64,000 nt of DNA from the human T2T-CHM13v2.0 reference genome, Homo sapiens. The stretch lies in NCBI RefSeq assembly GCF_009914755.1, contig NC_060939.1; one strand, given 5' to 3'. Shown here in pieces: positions 16,011 to 36,109 of the stretch; the first letter of the stretch is position 1; each line of letters opens with the position of its first letter. Both the position numbers and the translations under genes were made by a program. A model generated the notes under the pieces. It was given only the letters and a program-made list of their open reading frames with translations. It was not told the origin of the DNA and made no database searches.

Positions 16011-17024
16011 CAGGGTGGGGGAGTAAGACCTAAAAATCCCTACTTTAAAAACAAACCCCAAAAGGAGGAGCAGCAGGAGACGATGAAGAGAAGGAACAGA
16101 ACTCTCTGGGCAATTCTGATGTACACCCAGGTACAGTGGGGATCTCTTCACTTGATGCCCCAAAAAAGGGATAAACAAACAAAAAACGTGAGCAGCCAGC
16201 TTCATTCTCTTCTCTGCTTTGTCTCTTGCCAGTGACTTTGGGTTTTGTGTTGAAGCTCTCTTAATTCTTTGACCTTGAAGTTCCTCAACATCTATCCCAG
16301 TAGCCTCAGTTTCCACTTTGCTTCAACTAACATCTTGGACTTGTTCAGTCTTGAACAAGACTAAACCTTTGAGATCTTGAACTCGGACTTCAGCCTACTT
16401 AGCTGATACTACCCACATACTGCTCTGGATTTTAACCATCGCTGAGGACCCTGGTCCCTTAAGCACTTGCTGTTCCAATCCTTCAGCCCCTCTGTGACTC
16501 TGTTTCTCCACTTGGGGCATGTAAGTTGCTGGCCATTTCCATTCTGTCTGGGATCCCAGAATCCTTTGTTTCAATGTGTTGGGCTTCTTATATTTCAGTC
16601 CTCAATCCAAAATCACCCCCGCTTGCCTGCTTATTCTTCTCCCAGCCTGCCACATTATCTAGGAGGAAGTCACAAAGACCTTTGGACAGGTTCCATTGAA
16701 AATTTACGTTGGCTCTAATTTCACCAGATAAATTCCCACTTTACCTTCCTCAAGGCCCCCAAGCATCTTTCTCTTCCTCTCTTTGTCCTTCTTTATTTCG
16801 TCTTTCTCAAAGGAAGAAAATGTCTACAAGTCCCTTCCCCAAGGTTAATCCACATGCAATCCACACTCTTCATTCTCTGGACTTGATTCCTTCCTTCTCA
16901 CCTCTTTTGGGAACTGGCTGCATTTGTTATTCCTCTTCTCCAGTGTCTTTGGTCCTTCCCTACTCTGCCCCAACCCTTACTCCACCATATGGGTCATCCT
17001 TCCCATAAGAAACTCTGGTGGGGT

Positions 17025-17242
17025 CCTCGCTCTGTCCAGTAGAATTTTCTGCGGTGAGAAAAATATTTTATATCTGCACTGTCCCGTATGGTAGTCACTG
17101 CCCACATGTGGCTCTTAAGCACACGAAGTGTGGCTAGTATGACTGAGGAACCAAGTTTTCCATTTTAGTAAATTCTAAACTAACTTAAATCCAATTGAAG
17201 TAGTCACATAGGGCCAATGGCTATCGTATGGGGTAGCACTGT
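17025..17242. mobile_element. MER3 hAT-Charlie MITE
   Basis: ctgtccagtagaattttctgc...tatctgcactgtcc...gtggctagtatgactgaggaac...ggctatcgtatggggtagcactg. Confidence 0.7.
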
Positions 17243-17999
17243 TTTTGACCCTGCTACTCTGTTGAACTGTCCTCAGGTTCTCTTCTTTGTCCACTCACCT
17301 ATTCTGGTTTCACCCTCATCTTTCTGTTGAAACTGCTTCCTCAGAGGGCTCTGGCATAGGTGTCCTGGCTGCAGATCTGAGGCCTTTGCCCTGGCTTTCC
17401 CTTCCTTGGTCCCTGCCCTGCGTCTCCTGGCAGCAGTCAGCCCTTTGCGCCTCTGTATCTCCCTGTCTCCATGACACTGGTTGTCCAGGCCCACTCGAAC
17501 CTCATTTGTTTCCTTTTTCTTCCTGGCATGTAGACACGGGGATGCTGTGAGATCCTGTCCTTGGTCTTTCCTTTCCTTTTCCTCCTCCCTTCCCCCTGCC
17601 CCAGCCTCACCTCTGAGCCCGCAGTAGTATTTAAAGAGCACTGGGCACTTTCCCCGCGCCTCACTGGGCGCCCTCGCCCACTTGTACTACTTCCTCTAAT
17701 CCTCACTCCAACTCTGTGAGGCAGAGACTCTGATTACTCCCGTTATGTAGGTGCAGAAATTGAAATGGAGGGAGATTTGAATAACTTAAAGAAAACACTG
17801 CTTTCAAGGAGCAGACCTGGGAAAGGGACTCCACCAGTCTGACCTTAGAGCCCCACTTTTAACCCTGTTTACCCAGGGCCCCCAGGTACTTCAAATCTAT
17901 ATTTTGGGCCCTGAGCTGTTGCCCACATTTCACTCAGAATGTAATACTCAGAAGCCTGACTGCTTTGTCTCTACCTTGTCTTCCTGGCTTCTGTAATCA

Positions 18000-19330
<1,331 letters not shown>

Positions 19331-19339
19331 GTGTCCCTT

Positions 19340-19930
19340 TCAGTGCATTCCTTGATGACGTTAGTGCCATCATCCTCTTCTCTGTAACCAGAGCTTGAAC
19401 ACCTGGGGTTATTCTGACTTTCTGTTCCTTGCACTCCCACATCCAGACAGTCATTGAGTCAAGTTGAGGTGTCCCCTGCACAGTCTCCCTCCATTCGTCC
19501 TTTCCTTTCTGTGCCTACTGTCTCTCTCCTGTTTGGGGCAGTTATGGAGTGAAGGCCTGTGCACACTGGCCTCAATCGACTGTTCCAGCCTAATTGGCCG
19601 CTGCTTAGCAACAGGAACCCAAGGGTCCCATAGTCCTCACCAATCAGCATTTCCTCTGCTTTGCCCCGTCTCCACCCCTTCTCATGCTGCTCTGAATTCA
19701 CATCATTTACCCCTTTGAATATCAGACTCAAATGCCTGCTCCTCAAGTGCTTTTCCTGATGGCCCAGTTCAAACTGATCCTGCCTTCTGCCCAGTGGCAC
19801 TGACCAGCCCCTCCATTCTTGCACGGTGGCTTGCTAGTGTTATTTCCCTGCGTAATGGGAGTTCCTGCAGCGCGGGGGCTGTGTCTTGTTCAGCACTGTA
19901 GAGGCTCAATGAATATTTGTTGACTGGACT
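19340..19930 (+). mobile_element. L2 fragment
   Basis: Degenerate L2 3' region ending aggctcaatgaatatttgttga. Confidence 0.55.
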
Positions 19931-22900
19931 AAATTATTTGATGAAATCATTAAGCAAGTGCACAGAATAACCGTGGAGCTGTCTGCTAGCACGTGGTGTG
20001 CGATGGTGGATGTGAGACCCATGCCTTACCCGAAGAGTCAGGTGGGTGTTGGCTCAAAATAGGATCTTTTTAGTAAAACCGTGGATAATTTGAGAAGGCA
20101 TTTTCATGTTGTAAGTGGAAAAAATGATTCTTCCCTGATGACATCTTAACGTCGTGTGTATGTGTCAAGACAAAGAAAGAGCATATTTGATTTTTCAAAA
20201 AAAGAGTAGAGAAACTAACATAGCATATTAAAAATGGCCCATCTAGTTCTTCACACGCCAAATGAGCAGCTGAATGTGAGAGGAGTAGTTTCTCCAGCTC
20301 CCTTCCTCCCTGGGAGACCTGGAGCCACCTGCCTCCTCTGGCTGTCTGGCCTCCTCTCTCTCCTCTGCTGTCCTTCAGCACTGCCTCCCCACTCTACTCA
20401 CTGTTTCTCTCCTCCCGTATTTCACTCTTTCTGTCTGTTACTCTCTCTTAGTAACTCTTCTACTGTCCTCCCTCTCCCTATTGACTGTTTTATTTTATTT
20501 TTTGACTTATTGGATGTGGTTTTATGTTCCATGAGTTTTTCCATATAAAAGCAGGTGATTTTTGCAAAAAGAGAAAACCCAATTGCTTTTTATGCCTTGG
20601 TGGTCTTTTGTCGACTCCTTCCATAGCTCAGTGGTTCTTGTTATTTTAAAAATGTAGCTATCAGTGATAATAAAATGGTTTATCGGAAGGAACATAATTA
20701 CCTCTTTCTGGTCCACCAGGAAAATTACTAGGAATGTGCTGGTTGATAAATATCAAAAAGCCTAAAATTTTCAGTTGCTACCAAGGGAACATTGGTACTT
20801 GAGGTTGAAAGTCAGATTTCAGTGTGGTGAAAACTCAGATTTCCGGGTGGCGAGCTGCTGAGCTTACTGGGAACTTCAGTCTTCCTCCCTGAAGGTGTCT
20901 GCGTTTGCTGACTGGTTGTCACCCCCTGCCCCACTTCAGAACGCGTTTGTGAAGAAGACATTCTCTCTGGATGAAGCAACTACAGAAGTGCAGGCAAGAC
21001 ATTGTGCTGCCGTCGCTGAGTGTGGCTTAAATAAAAAGCATGTTTATGTGGGAGAGAATGTGTGGGGGTTGCTTTCGCATTATGGAATTCTTAAAATTGT
21101 TGAACCGGGAAGATGTTATTCAGAAACCCCTGGTGGCTTCAGCTTGCTTTTTGTGTATTTCAGGTTTCTTTTTTCCCCCATTTTTAATTATCTCTGGAAA
21201 AACTCAAGAGTCCTCCCCTGCTCCTAAAATAGTTATAAAATTAATGTGCTGTACTCAAGTCGTTACTCCACGTAAAAGAGTAAAAGACTCCCATATTAAG
21301 CAGAGAAGTCCAGCCTCCTCTCTCTGAGTGTGTGAAAAAGGGCATAGACTGGAGACTGGATCTTTCTTCTAAGCCTAAATTCTTAGCTTTTCAGCCAGCG
21401 ATTTATAGATGGTAGAACCAAAAGTCACCACCAGCATTCTGTCTGTATGAGAGCACACAGAATCGTGCTTTCCCCTGCTAGTTTAGTAGGTAGAGAGTTT
21501 ACATGGGCTTTTAATAATATTTTTTCTCTTCTAGCTGTTGCACTTGGCAGGTTCCTTTTTTAACATTTGGTAATGTATCTTTTCTAATGCTAGAAAGAAA
21601 AGTTGCCAAATATTGCTGTTGATCATAATAAAACACCCTAAAAGTAATGACTTCTTTTTGGGTGTGAGTGCCCGGGCCCACTGCAGGGTGACCTCCAGCC
21701 TTCCGCCGAGCTCACAGCTGGAAGGGCACCTTCAGTCAGCAATCGATATGTCATTTGGGTAGAGCAACTCAACAATGAAAACAGTGGGTCTTCCCAAATT
21801 AGAAAAACAAAAAGGTGAATGAACAAATATGTATGAGTGTCCGTGAAGAGGCGTCGTGTTAGGCTTCGTGGAGATTACAGGTTCATGTAGGATGTGGTTT
21901 CCGCTGCCCTACGGCAGCTCAGCTGGGGAGACATAATCCAGAAAGGTTCAAATAACAATAGAAGATTTAAATAGCATTTCAAAATAGCTGTTATTAATAG
22001 AGGAGAACAAAAACCAATCTGTTTTTGCAAGGGTTCTCCTAAAAATGTTAACATCATTCTAAGCTGTGGAGAGTGGATTGAACATCAGAGACCAGTCATT
22101 GGGTTCTAGAGGTCTGTCTGTAAATCTGTCTGGATCTGACAGAGGCCATGTGTGTATTGCAGATTGGCCGCCTCCCTTCAGTTATGCAGAAATCTCTGCA
22201 CTGGCTGGAAGAGCACTGTCAAATGTTGTAAGCATTCTAAAGTTCACCTTTGTGGGTCAGAAACACATCACCCCTCACCCTTCTACCTCCAACAGAATTC
22301 CCTTTATGAATGTGATAGAATGGAGGGGAAAGAATGCAAGTCTTGCTAAGTGGACTCAAGGCCATTTTCACAAAGAGCACTGAAAATATCTGCTCTGGGA
22401 CCCCATGGAGGGACTTGCAGTTTTCCTGGAACCTCGAGTTTTTGGAATACTGTGCTGGCATCACTCCAGAATCACTGGACCTGTACAACATGCTGATTCC
22501 CTGATGCACAGGCGATCCAGGCTTCATTCCCAGCTTTGATGAGAGCACCAGCCTCAAGCCTTGTTCTGTGCCCACAAGGAAATGAAAGTAAAAATTGATA
22601 GCAAACTTCTTTTAACTAAACCATAGTCTTTAAAGCCCAGAATCAGGCTTGTTTCTTGGTTTTGGTAGCTGTAAATGAGCAATTTATGCTTTTTGTTGTT
22701 ATTGTCATTCACTGGTTCATTCTTTTCTTCAAGAAGGTTTTATTTAAATTTGTGTAATTGTGAAAATAGCACACTTGTTAAAGTATTTTGAAAATAAGGA
22801 AAAGCAGAATAAAAATGTACCCAGTGCCACTATTTACATTTCAGTTTATTTCTTTCCACTGTTTTAAAAGATATGACTATACTAATACTTCTAGTCCTAG

Positions 22901-23825
22901 AATCCTTGCCTCACCCTCTCCAAGATGGTTGTAGGATTTCTGGGTTGCTGAGGTAATGTACAGTTGAAAAAATGTCAAGATGTGTCAGGTAAGCTATATC
23001 TGCTGTTGGCCTAAGGACAGATATTTTGGTGTAAGGATGCCTAATGTCTTAGAGACCGTGTAAGACCTCGATGACTTACCCAGCTTTCCCCAGATCGGCC
23101 TCACAACCATAATGCCATGTGCGTTCCTCAATGTGCTAGCCCAGTATATTTCTTCCAAGGACTGCTCAGCTGTTCTAAAAAATTCTGGTCAGGGGTGGTG
23201 AGAGATGAGCTGCCTATGAAGGAGACAGAGTGTGCTTATTTGCACTGTTTTCATTTCCTTTGCACATAATTTGGAGGCACTTCCTCAATTGGGACAGTGT
23301 GGTTAATTTGTGGAAAGCTCCTGCTATTAGCATTGGTCTTTCCTTTGGCCTTGTCAATCTAGATACATTGGCTTGGGAAATTAGGCATGCTGACCTCAGT
23401 TGCACAGCCCTCTTCCTCCTTCTTTTACCAAAGCACATGATTTAGCCAGATAACAACTATCCACACCACAGAGATAATTCCAGCAATTTGGCAGGGGGAA
23501 AGTTGGTAGGAGGATGAGTGAAGGGAGGGGAGGGGAAAACAGCATTAAAGGTAGCCTCAAGACCATGGAGGCATCTAGGCATGAAGGGAGGAGGCCTCAG
23601 ATACAGGAGCGAAGGAAGGCAGATAATTGGTGGCCTGGGCACTCAGCAGGGCAGTGGTTGCCTTCTCCTTGACTTTGAGTCTCCTGCCTCATCCATCTTT
23701 GCTGGCCCATGGTCAAGCAGTCTTCTCACTGTGGGGAGAAAGGGAAGAGGAAGGAGCAAGAGGAGTAGGATGTGGTAATGGTGGCAGTGGTAGTGGTAGT
23801 AGATAACTTCAACATTTGCAGGGTT

Positions 23826-24698
<873 letters not shown>

Positions 24699-24999
24699 GC
24701 TATTGATATTCTTTTGAGTGGATGTGCTGTGTTCTAACTAACTGCTCTTCTATTGTTGGACATTTATCCAATAGCCATTTATAGAAATGTTGCTATCTAG
24801 TTAAGATCACATAGTATTAAGTATGGATAAAATGCTTTAAGAGTAGAGATTTCATGGAGATTAGTTACTTTTGCCATGGAATTCCAATTTCATGGTCCTA
24901 GAATGCTTAGGGCAAGAGTGAGTTCTGTACATGCCCTGGAGAGTCTAACAATTTGACTCCCCTTTGAACTCTTGGTTTACATATTTTTTTTAAGTGGGG

Positions 25000-26345
<1,346 letters not shown>

Positions 26346-26599
26346 GGATTTTATCTCTTATGGCAAATTAGATTTATTTTATAATTTGCTTCCATTGTCC
26401 AGAACAGAGCCAATGTTGCATATATTAAGAACAACAACAACAAAACTTATTCAAGTTCTTACCCTTCAATATTCTTTTAAGATTTGCCAAGCAAGACAGC
26501 CACTTGGAAATCCATTTAGACTTAAAACTTAGATTATAAAATAAATATTCTATTTCCAGTGAACAGAATTACACCCTATGTAGTTTGGTATTAGAACCC

Positions 26600-26785
26600 C
26601 AGCTGACTCCAACTGCCCACTGAGTACACGTGACTGTCAGTTGGCTGGTCTCTGGATGCTGTATTCTCTTGGTTAGAAGCAAGTCACAGGTCCCACCCAC
26701 ACTCAAAGGGAGAGGACCATGCAAGGTGTGAACACCAAGAGACAAGGATGGTGTTGGGGGGGCACCCTATGAGTCTGTCCACCAC
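26600..26785. mobile_element. MLT1-type MaLR LTR fragment
   Basis: ttggttagaagcaagtcacaggtcccacccacactcaaagggagagg...ctgtccaccaca. Confidence 0.6.
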
Positions 26786-27183
26786 AGCAGGGACCATGTT
26801 TTGATCATCATGTTTCAGCATCATGGGTTCCAGTGTCATGGGTTTAGATCAGCATTGTTAGGGTGATCAGAGATTATCAGGGGGCTGACTTACCTAGTCT
26901 GGTTCCCATCAGAGGTGAAATTCCAATATATTAATTCACACCAAGAAAAGTAGCTGGCAGATAGACTTGGGCTTGTGTTTGCCGATTCCTGTGTACTCTC
27001 CTTTTATGCACAGCTATATGGGAAGCTAAAAGATGTGGTTGGTGAGTATGGACTCAGGGCAAGGAGTGAATAGGATTATCTTTACGGCTAATGTCACTGG
27101 ACCATGGGAGCCTAATGCATCCCCCTCTATTATAGAGCTTTTCCTGCTGCCCTGGATTCCTAGGTCCTTGAAAACACCAATAA

Positions 27184-28804
<1,621 letters not shown>

Positions 28805-28939
28805 TAAAAAATAGATATGTATTCTATCAGATGTTCATAAAGGGACATTAGCCAGGGAAGGGAAAGGAACCAACCCTTACTGGAAGCTTATCCAGTGTGC
28901 TAAGGCCAGACACTGTTCTGGATATTCCATAGCCTCCTG

Positions 28940-29170
28940 TGGCTAATGCCTGGTGATGCAGAGGCTGAGGTTCTAGGTCCAAATCTCTGCTCTACTGCTT
29001 CTTGGCCACGTGATGTTGGGCCAGTTGCTGAACATTTCTAAGTCTCTGTTTCCTCTGGTTCAATGTTGATAATAAGAGTATAATACTTTACAAATGATTG
29101 TGAGGATGAATTAAACTAATGCACATAAATGTGCTTCATGAGTACCGGCCCTTCTCAAGTAAGCAGTTAC
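28940..29170 (+). mobile_element. MIR
   Basis: ggtccaaatctctgctctactgctt...ctctgtttcctc...ttgtgaggatgaattaa. Confidence 0.65.
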
Positions 29171-29344
29171 TCGTTACGTTACGTGTGAGCAGCTGTTAGT
29201 TATGTGACCCCCAACTCAACCAACTAAGGTGGGCCCGCTGAGATCATACAGATAGTGGGGAAGCCAGGATTCAAGCAAGAGCCTTTCTTATCCTACCACC
29301 ATGTTTTCTATGAGAGAAAAATATGTTGGACTGTAGCTGTGCAA

Positions 29345-29565
29345 AGGGAGAGTGAGAGAAAGAGGGATGAGAGAGACAGTAGAAGAAGGAAAACAGGCAG
29401 TAAAAATGGGAAGTTAAGAGAAAGGGCAAAGGAAAATGAAGAGGACTCAATGGTGGGGAAAGCAAAAAAAAAAAATTTGGAAGAGAGGAGGCAGGGAGAA
29501 GGTAAGGGAGAAGAGCTGGAAGAGGGTAGGGAGGGAGGCAAGAGAAGAGAGAGGAATGAGAAGTG
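29345..29565. repeat. GA-rich low-complexity tract
   Basis: About 220 nt strongly purine-biased on the + strand. Confidence 0.8.
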
Positions 29566-30313
29566 CTAGGTGAATCTCGATACCTCTCCTGCTACTCCAG
29601 CCAGATCCCATCTCTGGGCTGCCTGAATTCCCAGTCTAGTCACCAGGGCCTTGGGCCTGCATGCACCACTGTGACTCCCCATCTCCTCTGACTCCTGCCT
29701 GCCTGGGAGGCCCTTGCCTTCTGCCATCCCACAACTTCCTATCACTCCTCAGGGCCTGGGGATCAAGTCCAAAGGCCTGAGGGTGCTGTTGGAGGTGAGT
29801 TAGAGAACAACATCCAGCTGTCTTTCCAGACAAACCTTCCACTGTTCCTGCCCTCTATCCTTTCACTCTGTTTTTAGCTATAAGGAAATAGGGTTTTTTG
29901 TTTTACCATCATATTACAACCACTTTATTCATAAATGCTTTGCCTATTTTTTATTCTGATGGTTGGGCATAATGTATCAATCCTATATTTTAATAGTGAA
30001 ATGAAAAATTAACTGTTTTTACATGATTGGTATTCAACTCTTTAGTAAAAATTATCATTTTAATTTATTAAATTCATTTACCATTTTACATTAAAATGGT
30101 ATGGCAGGTTTTTCTACTCAGTGTCACATCACTTATAAAACTATAATAATTGGTTGGCATTAATGTCTTCTTTTTCATTAAAATTTTAAAATATTCATCT
30201 CTATGTATATCTACTTCCTTTTTTGTTTCTCCCTTCACAGAATCCTCATAATCACAAATAATCATTTTGATTTAGATAATAGCATTTCACTTTACTCTTC
30301 TGTGAACTTCTGA

Positions 30314-30923
<610 letters not shown>

Positions 30924-31679
30924 CCAGAGTTTATTTTTTCTTACTTCTTTCCATTCTTTTCTTCTTGCTTTACCTACCTGTCCCTTCCCCCAACTTCCCC
31001 CAATTTTAAAACTTTATAAAGTGGAGATTGTTTAATATATTGTTTAATATAGTGGAATCACTGCACAATCAAAACAGCATGAAACCCAGACCTGTGTGAT
31101 AAGGTTGTAGACAGACCTGTGGTATCAGTGATCAGATTTATAAACGTACAGGAGATGATAACCTCAGGCAGGTAAGCCAGAATTAACAACGGGAAGATCT
31201 GGAAACAATGCTTGAGATGTTATTTAATCCTGTGACTTATTCATTATCAATCTTTATTCATCTGCAATATAGATTCCACGTTCTGGCAAAGAATCGTGAT
31301 GCTAACAAACCAAGCGACCTGCCAGATATGCAGATCCTCACCACATTCATAAAGGGCACCCATTCTGAATAATGTGTCTTGTGAGCTCATGCCTTATGAA
31401 ATTTCTTGTCATAGAGCTGCATAGCGCTTAGGAGGGTTTGCTTCTGAAAAGCCATCTCCGATAATCAGTGGTGTGGCTTGACTTTTGTGGCTCTGTTCAG
31501 GTAGATGAAATGGCCTTCAGAGAAGGGGATGCCAAAGTCCCCATTCTTTCAGATACTTATTGAGTGTCTAATATTTGGGATTCAGTCTTGGTAAATAATT
31601 ATACTTTTTAACTAAAGTATATTGTCTTATATCTTTATTGCTGCAGTTTCTGATCTGGAAGTGCTGGGCATTCACTCAT

Positions 31680-32606
31680 TCATTAACAAACATATATGGA
31701 TACTTCTAGGTCAGCCCTGTGTTTATTAAGATTTGAAACATGCCTGTAAGGAGCGTGTCATTTAGTAGGGGAGCTAGACTATTAAACAACTAAAAAGAAT
31801 AGAGCACAATAAATAGTATACAAACAGATAAAGAGCTGGAGAAATGCAAGAGAGAGAGCCACTTTATAGACTGGAGGGGCTAGTGGGGCTTTAAAGAGTG
31901 CATGAATTTTCTAGGCTGGCAGGGGTGGGAAGGGCATTTCCCATAGAGCGCACGCACAGAGGTGTGATGGCAGGAGTGTGCAGGACATATCCAAGGACGG
32001 TGGTGGATGGGGTGGCGAGGGCGGGGGTTCCCGGTGACTGGAGCAGGTGATTGTGGTAGGGAGTGGCCAAATATGAGGGCGGAAGAACAGGTTAGGCAGG
32101 CCAGAGCATGTTCAGAAGAAAGGAAGTAGAGGTTGGAGTGTTGAAGAGAAGCTGTGGAACAATCTCTCCATCCCCTATTTTGGGAAAGCCTATTCATTCT
32201 CATCAGTTCTTCCTGACCTAGCTGCTACCCAGGAAAAATCGACCCCTCTCCTGTTTTCCCTCCCCATGTGCTTTTTTTCACAGGGTTAGCCACTTAACCC
32301 ATTGTTTTTGTTTGTTTGTATTTGAGACAGAGTCTCCTCTATTGCCCAGGCTGGAGTGCAGTGGCGCTATCATGGCTCACTGTAGCCTCAGCCTCCCTGG
32401 GCTCAGGTGATCCTCCTGAGTAGCCTCCAGAGTAGCTTGGACTACAGGTGTGCATCAATACGCCTGGCTAATTTTTGTATTTTTTGTAGAGATGGGATTT
32501 CGCCATGTTGCCCAGCTGGCCTCGAAATTCTGGGCTTGAACTCCTGGGCTCAAGCAATCCTCCCACTTTGGCCTCCCAAAGTGCTGGGATTACAGGCATG
32601 AGCCAC
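31680..32606 (-). mobile_element. L2 fragment (about 31680-32160) and AluJ (32305-32606)
   Basis: L2 tail cattcactcattcattaacaaac; Alu TSD aacccattgtttt. Confidence 0.75.
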
Positions 32607-32830
32607 AACCCATTGTTTTCTGGTTGGTTTAGATGACTTCTGCTGAGGGAAGGGATTTTAGTTTTTCCTAGTTAGGTTACTTAATTACCTAATAGATGCC
32701 AAATACATGTTTCTTAAGTTAGGCTATTCTGTAGATTAATATCTCAACTGAGATGTCTTACAACTTTAAAACTGTAAAGATTCTATGATTCTAAATAACA
32801 GCATTTCCCACACTGGCCTGATTTTATTTA

Positions 32831-33296
32831 CGGTAGTCCCCCCTTATCGATGGTTTCACTTTCCACATTATCCAAGGTCAACCATGGTCAAAAATATTAA
32901 ATAAAAAATTCTAGAAATAAACAATTCATAAGTTTTAAATTGTGTGCTGTTCTGAAATAGTGTGATGAAATCTTGTGCGATCCTGCTCCCTCCTGCCCAG
33001 AACGGGAATCATCCTCTTGTCCAGCATATCCATACCATGTATACCTGGCCCTGTGAGTCACTTAATAGCCATCTCTGTTATCAGATTGACTATTGGGGTA
33101 TTGCAGTGCTTGTGACCAAGTAACCCTTATTTTACTTCATAATAGCCCCAAAGTGCAAGAGCACTGTGCCTAATTTATGAATTAAACTTAATCATGAGTA
33201 TGTATGTGTAGAAAAGAATAGTATATATAGGCTTCGGTTTCAGGCATCCACTGGGGGTCTTGGAATGTACCCCTGACAGATGAGGGAGGGCTACTG
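32831..33296. mobile_element. MER44 (Tigger-derived) DNA element
   Basis: TIRs c(g)gtagtccccccttatc / gatgagggagggctactg with flanking TA. Confidence 0.8.
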
Positions 33297-34299
33297 TAGT
33301 CTATATGGCAGAAATGCTTCTCTTTGACACTGAAGAACTCTTTGGGCACCATAGCTTGTTTGGCATGAATGACTTTTTTTTCCTTAAATGTAATTTGTTT
33401 AAAGTTCTTTGTCTAAGAAAATGAAATGTGCACATTTTGAAACTCCAAAAATAAAACACTAGAGAGATGACGCCAAAACAGTGATTTCAATCAGAAATGC
33501 TTTCTGAATCCAGCATCTAAATGAGAATTAATTATGGAATCAGATCATAGTTAGTAGGCATTCATTGTTTTAAGGCAATTGATAGCAGTATTGAGGAACC
33601 TAAATAATAAAGTATTTTAAACATCCTCTAGTGTTTTTCACATTTCTAATGAGTTGTGGGGACCAAATGTTCCTTATATGCAAGATGAAATATGAATGAT
33701 TGTATCTTATTATAAAGTTTTCAAGTTCTAATGAGGAATATCTTTCTCACTCCCTTGGTGGATAGATATCTTCCCACAAATCAGATCACATTGATCATGT
33801 GCTGTTTTATTTGAGATTAATTTAGAAATAAGTGCTCTTCATTTACCATGGAATTAGTAGTAAAAGTTTTCTGAGATCAAATTTACTGAGGTAGTTTCCT
33901 GCAAAATTCTACAGAGAAGTATAAGATTGGATAAGCCTATTAAACACTCTAGTTTCTGTTAAAAGTGGTTTCTCAAGCTTGAGATGCAGATTTGGAGTGA
34001 GGAAACTTCAGGAAACTCCATTGTACAGTCCCTGTTGGTCTGTCTTGCAAGGCTTAGCAATATTAATTTCAGAAGAGCTTTGATTTTGCTTGATTGCTTT
34101 TCTTCTTATTTGGAAACATATGCTGTTTATTTCATATATAAGATACAAAACATTTAATAATATAACTTATCAGTGTTTCAACATAATTTATGATCCACTT
34201 AGCAACTTAATAATAAGCTTTTGAGGTTAAGTTCTAGATATAAACTGTTAAATAATTTAGTGCTTATTTTTTCAACAGATGTGAATTATTAAAAAGAAA

Positions 34300-34374
34300 A
34301 TGGCCCAACGGAGCACTGTATTTCCTTCTCGTGTCACCAAGGAAAGGTATAATATATGGAAAATATGCATCTAA
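34300..34374 (+). other. Overlapping uORF, MAQRSTVFPSRVTKERYNIWKICI* (or alternative CDS start)
   Basis: AAA ATG G (strong Kozak); 24 codons, out of frame with ATG 34356, stop TAA 34372-34374. Confidence 0.75.
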
Positions 34375-34375
34375 G
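34356..34375 (+). CDS. FAM81A: FAM81A CDS start, MENMHL(R)
   Basis: ATG GAA AAT ATG CAT CTA AG| ends in phase 2 and joins G CGA GTG AGA of exon 3, giving MENMHLRRVRTM, the FAM81A N-terminus as I recall it. Confidence 0.88.
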
Positions 34376-34656
34376 GTATACTTTTCCTTTCCACTCATCC
34401 CATGGGGGCTGCTAGTGGGTGTGATAGTTACAAATCAAAGCTTGGGCTGTTACATTATCAGAGAATGGTTTTGTTCAAGGGCAAGAGAAGCACTATTGTG
34501 TCCTCTAGCTTTCAATTTATAGGATACTGTGGACCACTCAGTGACCCCAAGAAGTAGAGATTTCACAGTAGTCCTACAGTAGACTTGAATTTCCTGTTGA
34601 GAGTGAAATATAACTCCGGGGGCTTCAGGCTAACATCCCTGTTAAGCTTTTTAAAT

Positions 34657-35312
<656 letters not shown>

Positions 35313-35566
35313 TTTCAGAGAGGGAGGAGGAGGAGAGCATGTTAGGAGACTTTGTTAATGCACTTGATCTTGATAACATAGATTATATTGGGGAGACATC
35401 TCGGTGTACCCAACTCTGCCAGCCTCTTGCTCTTGGAAGTCATGGAGACCGCTTCTAAAACACTGAAGTCTGTGGGCATGATTATTTAAAGATCTTTCCC
35501 GGCTTGTGAAGAAAACTTTTTTAGGCAGAAATCCTGCCTCAAACCCTATTTAGCTTGTAGTTATAG

Positions 35567-36109
<543 letters not shown>

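Larger units (their letters stand above)
34279..34375 (+). other. FAM81A: FAM81A exon 2 (77 nt UTR + 20 nt CDS)
   Basis: Acceptor ttattttttcaacag|ATG at 34278/34279; donor AAG|GTATAC at 34375/34376; 97 nt long. Confidence 0.85.

Noticed and set aside
21140-21560. Acceptor-like motifs (tttcag|gtttct; ttctag...cag|gttcct) as recursive sites or microexons
   Set aside because: Donor halves are poor matches to consensus.
29255-29569. Glu/Arg/Lys-rich 104-aa ORF
   Set aside because: Product of GA-rich low-complexity DNA.
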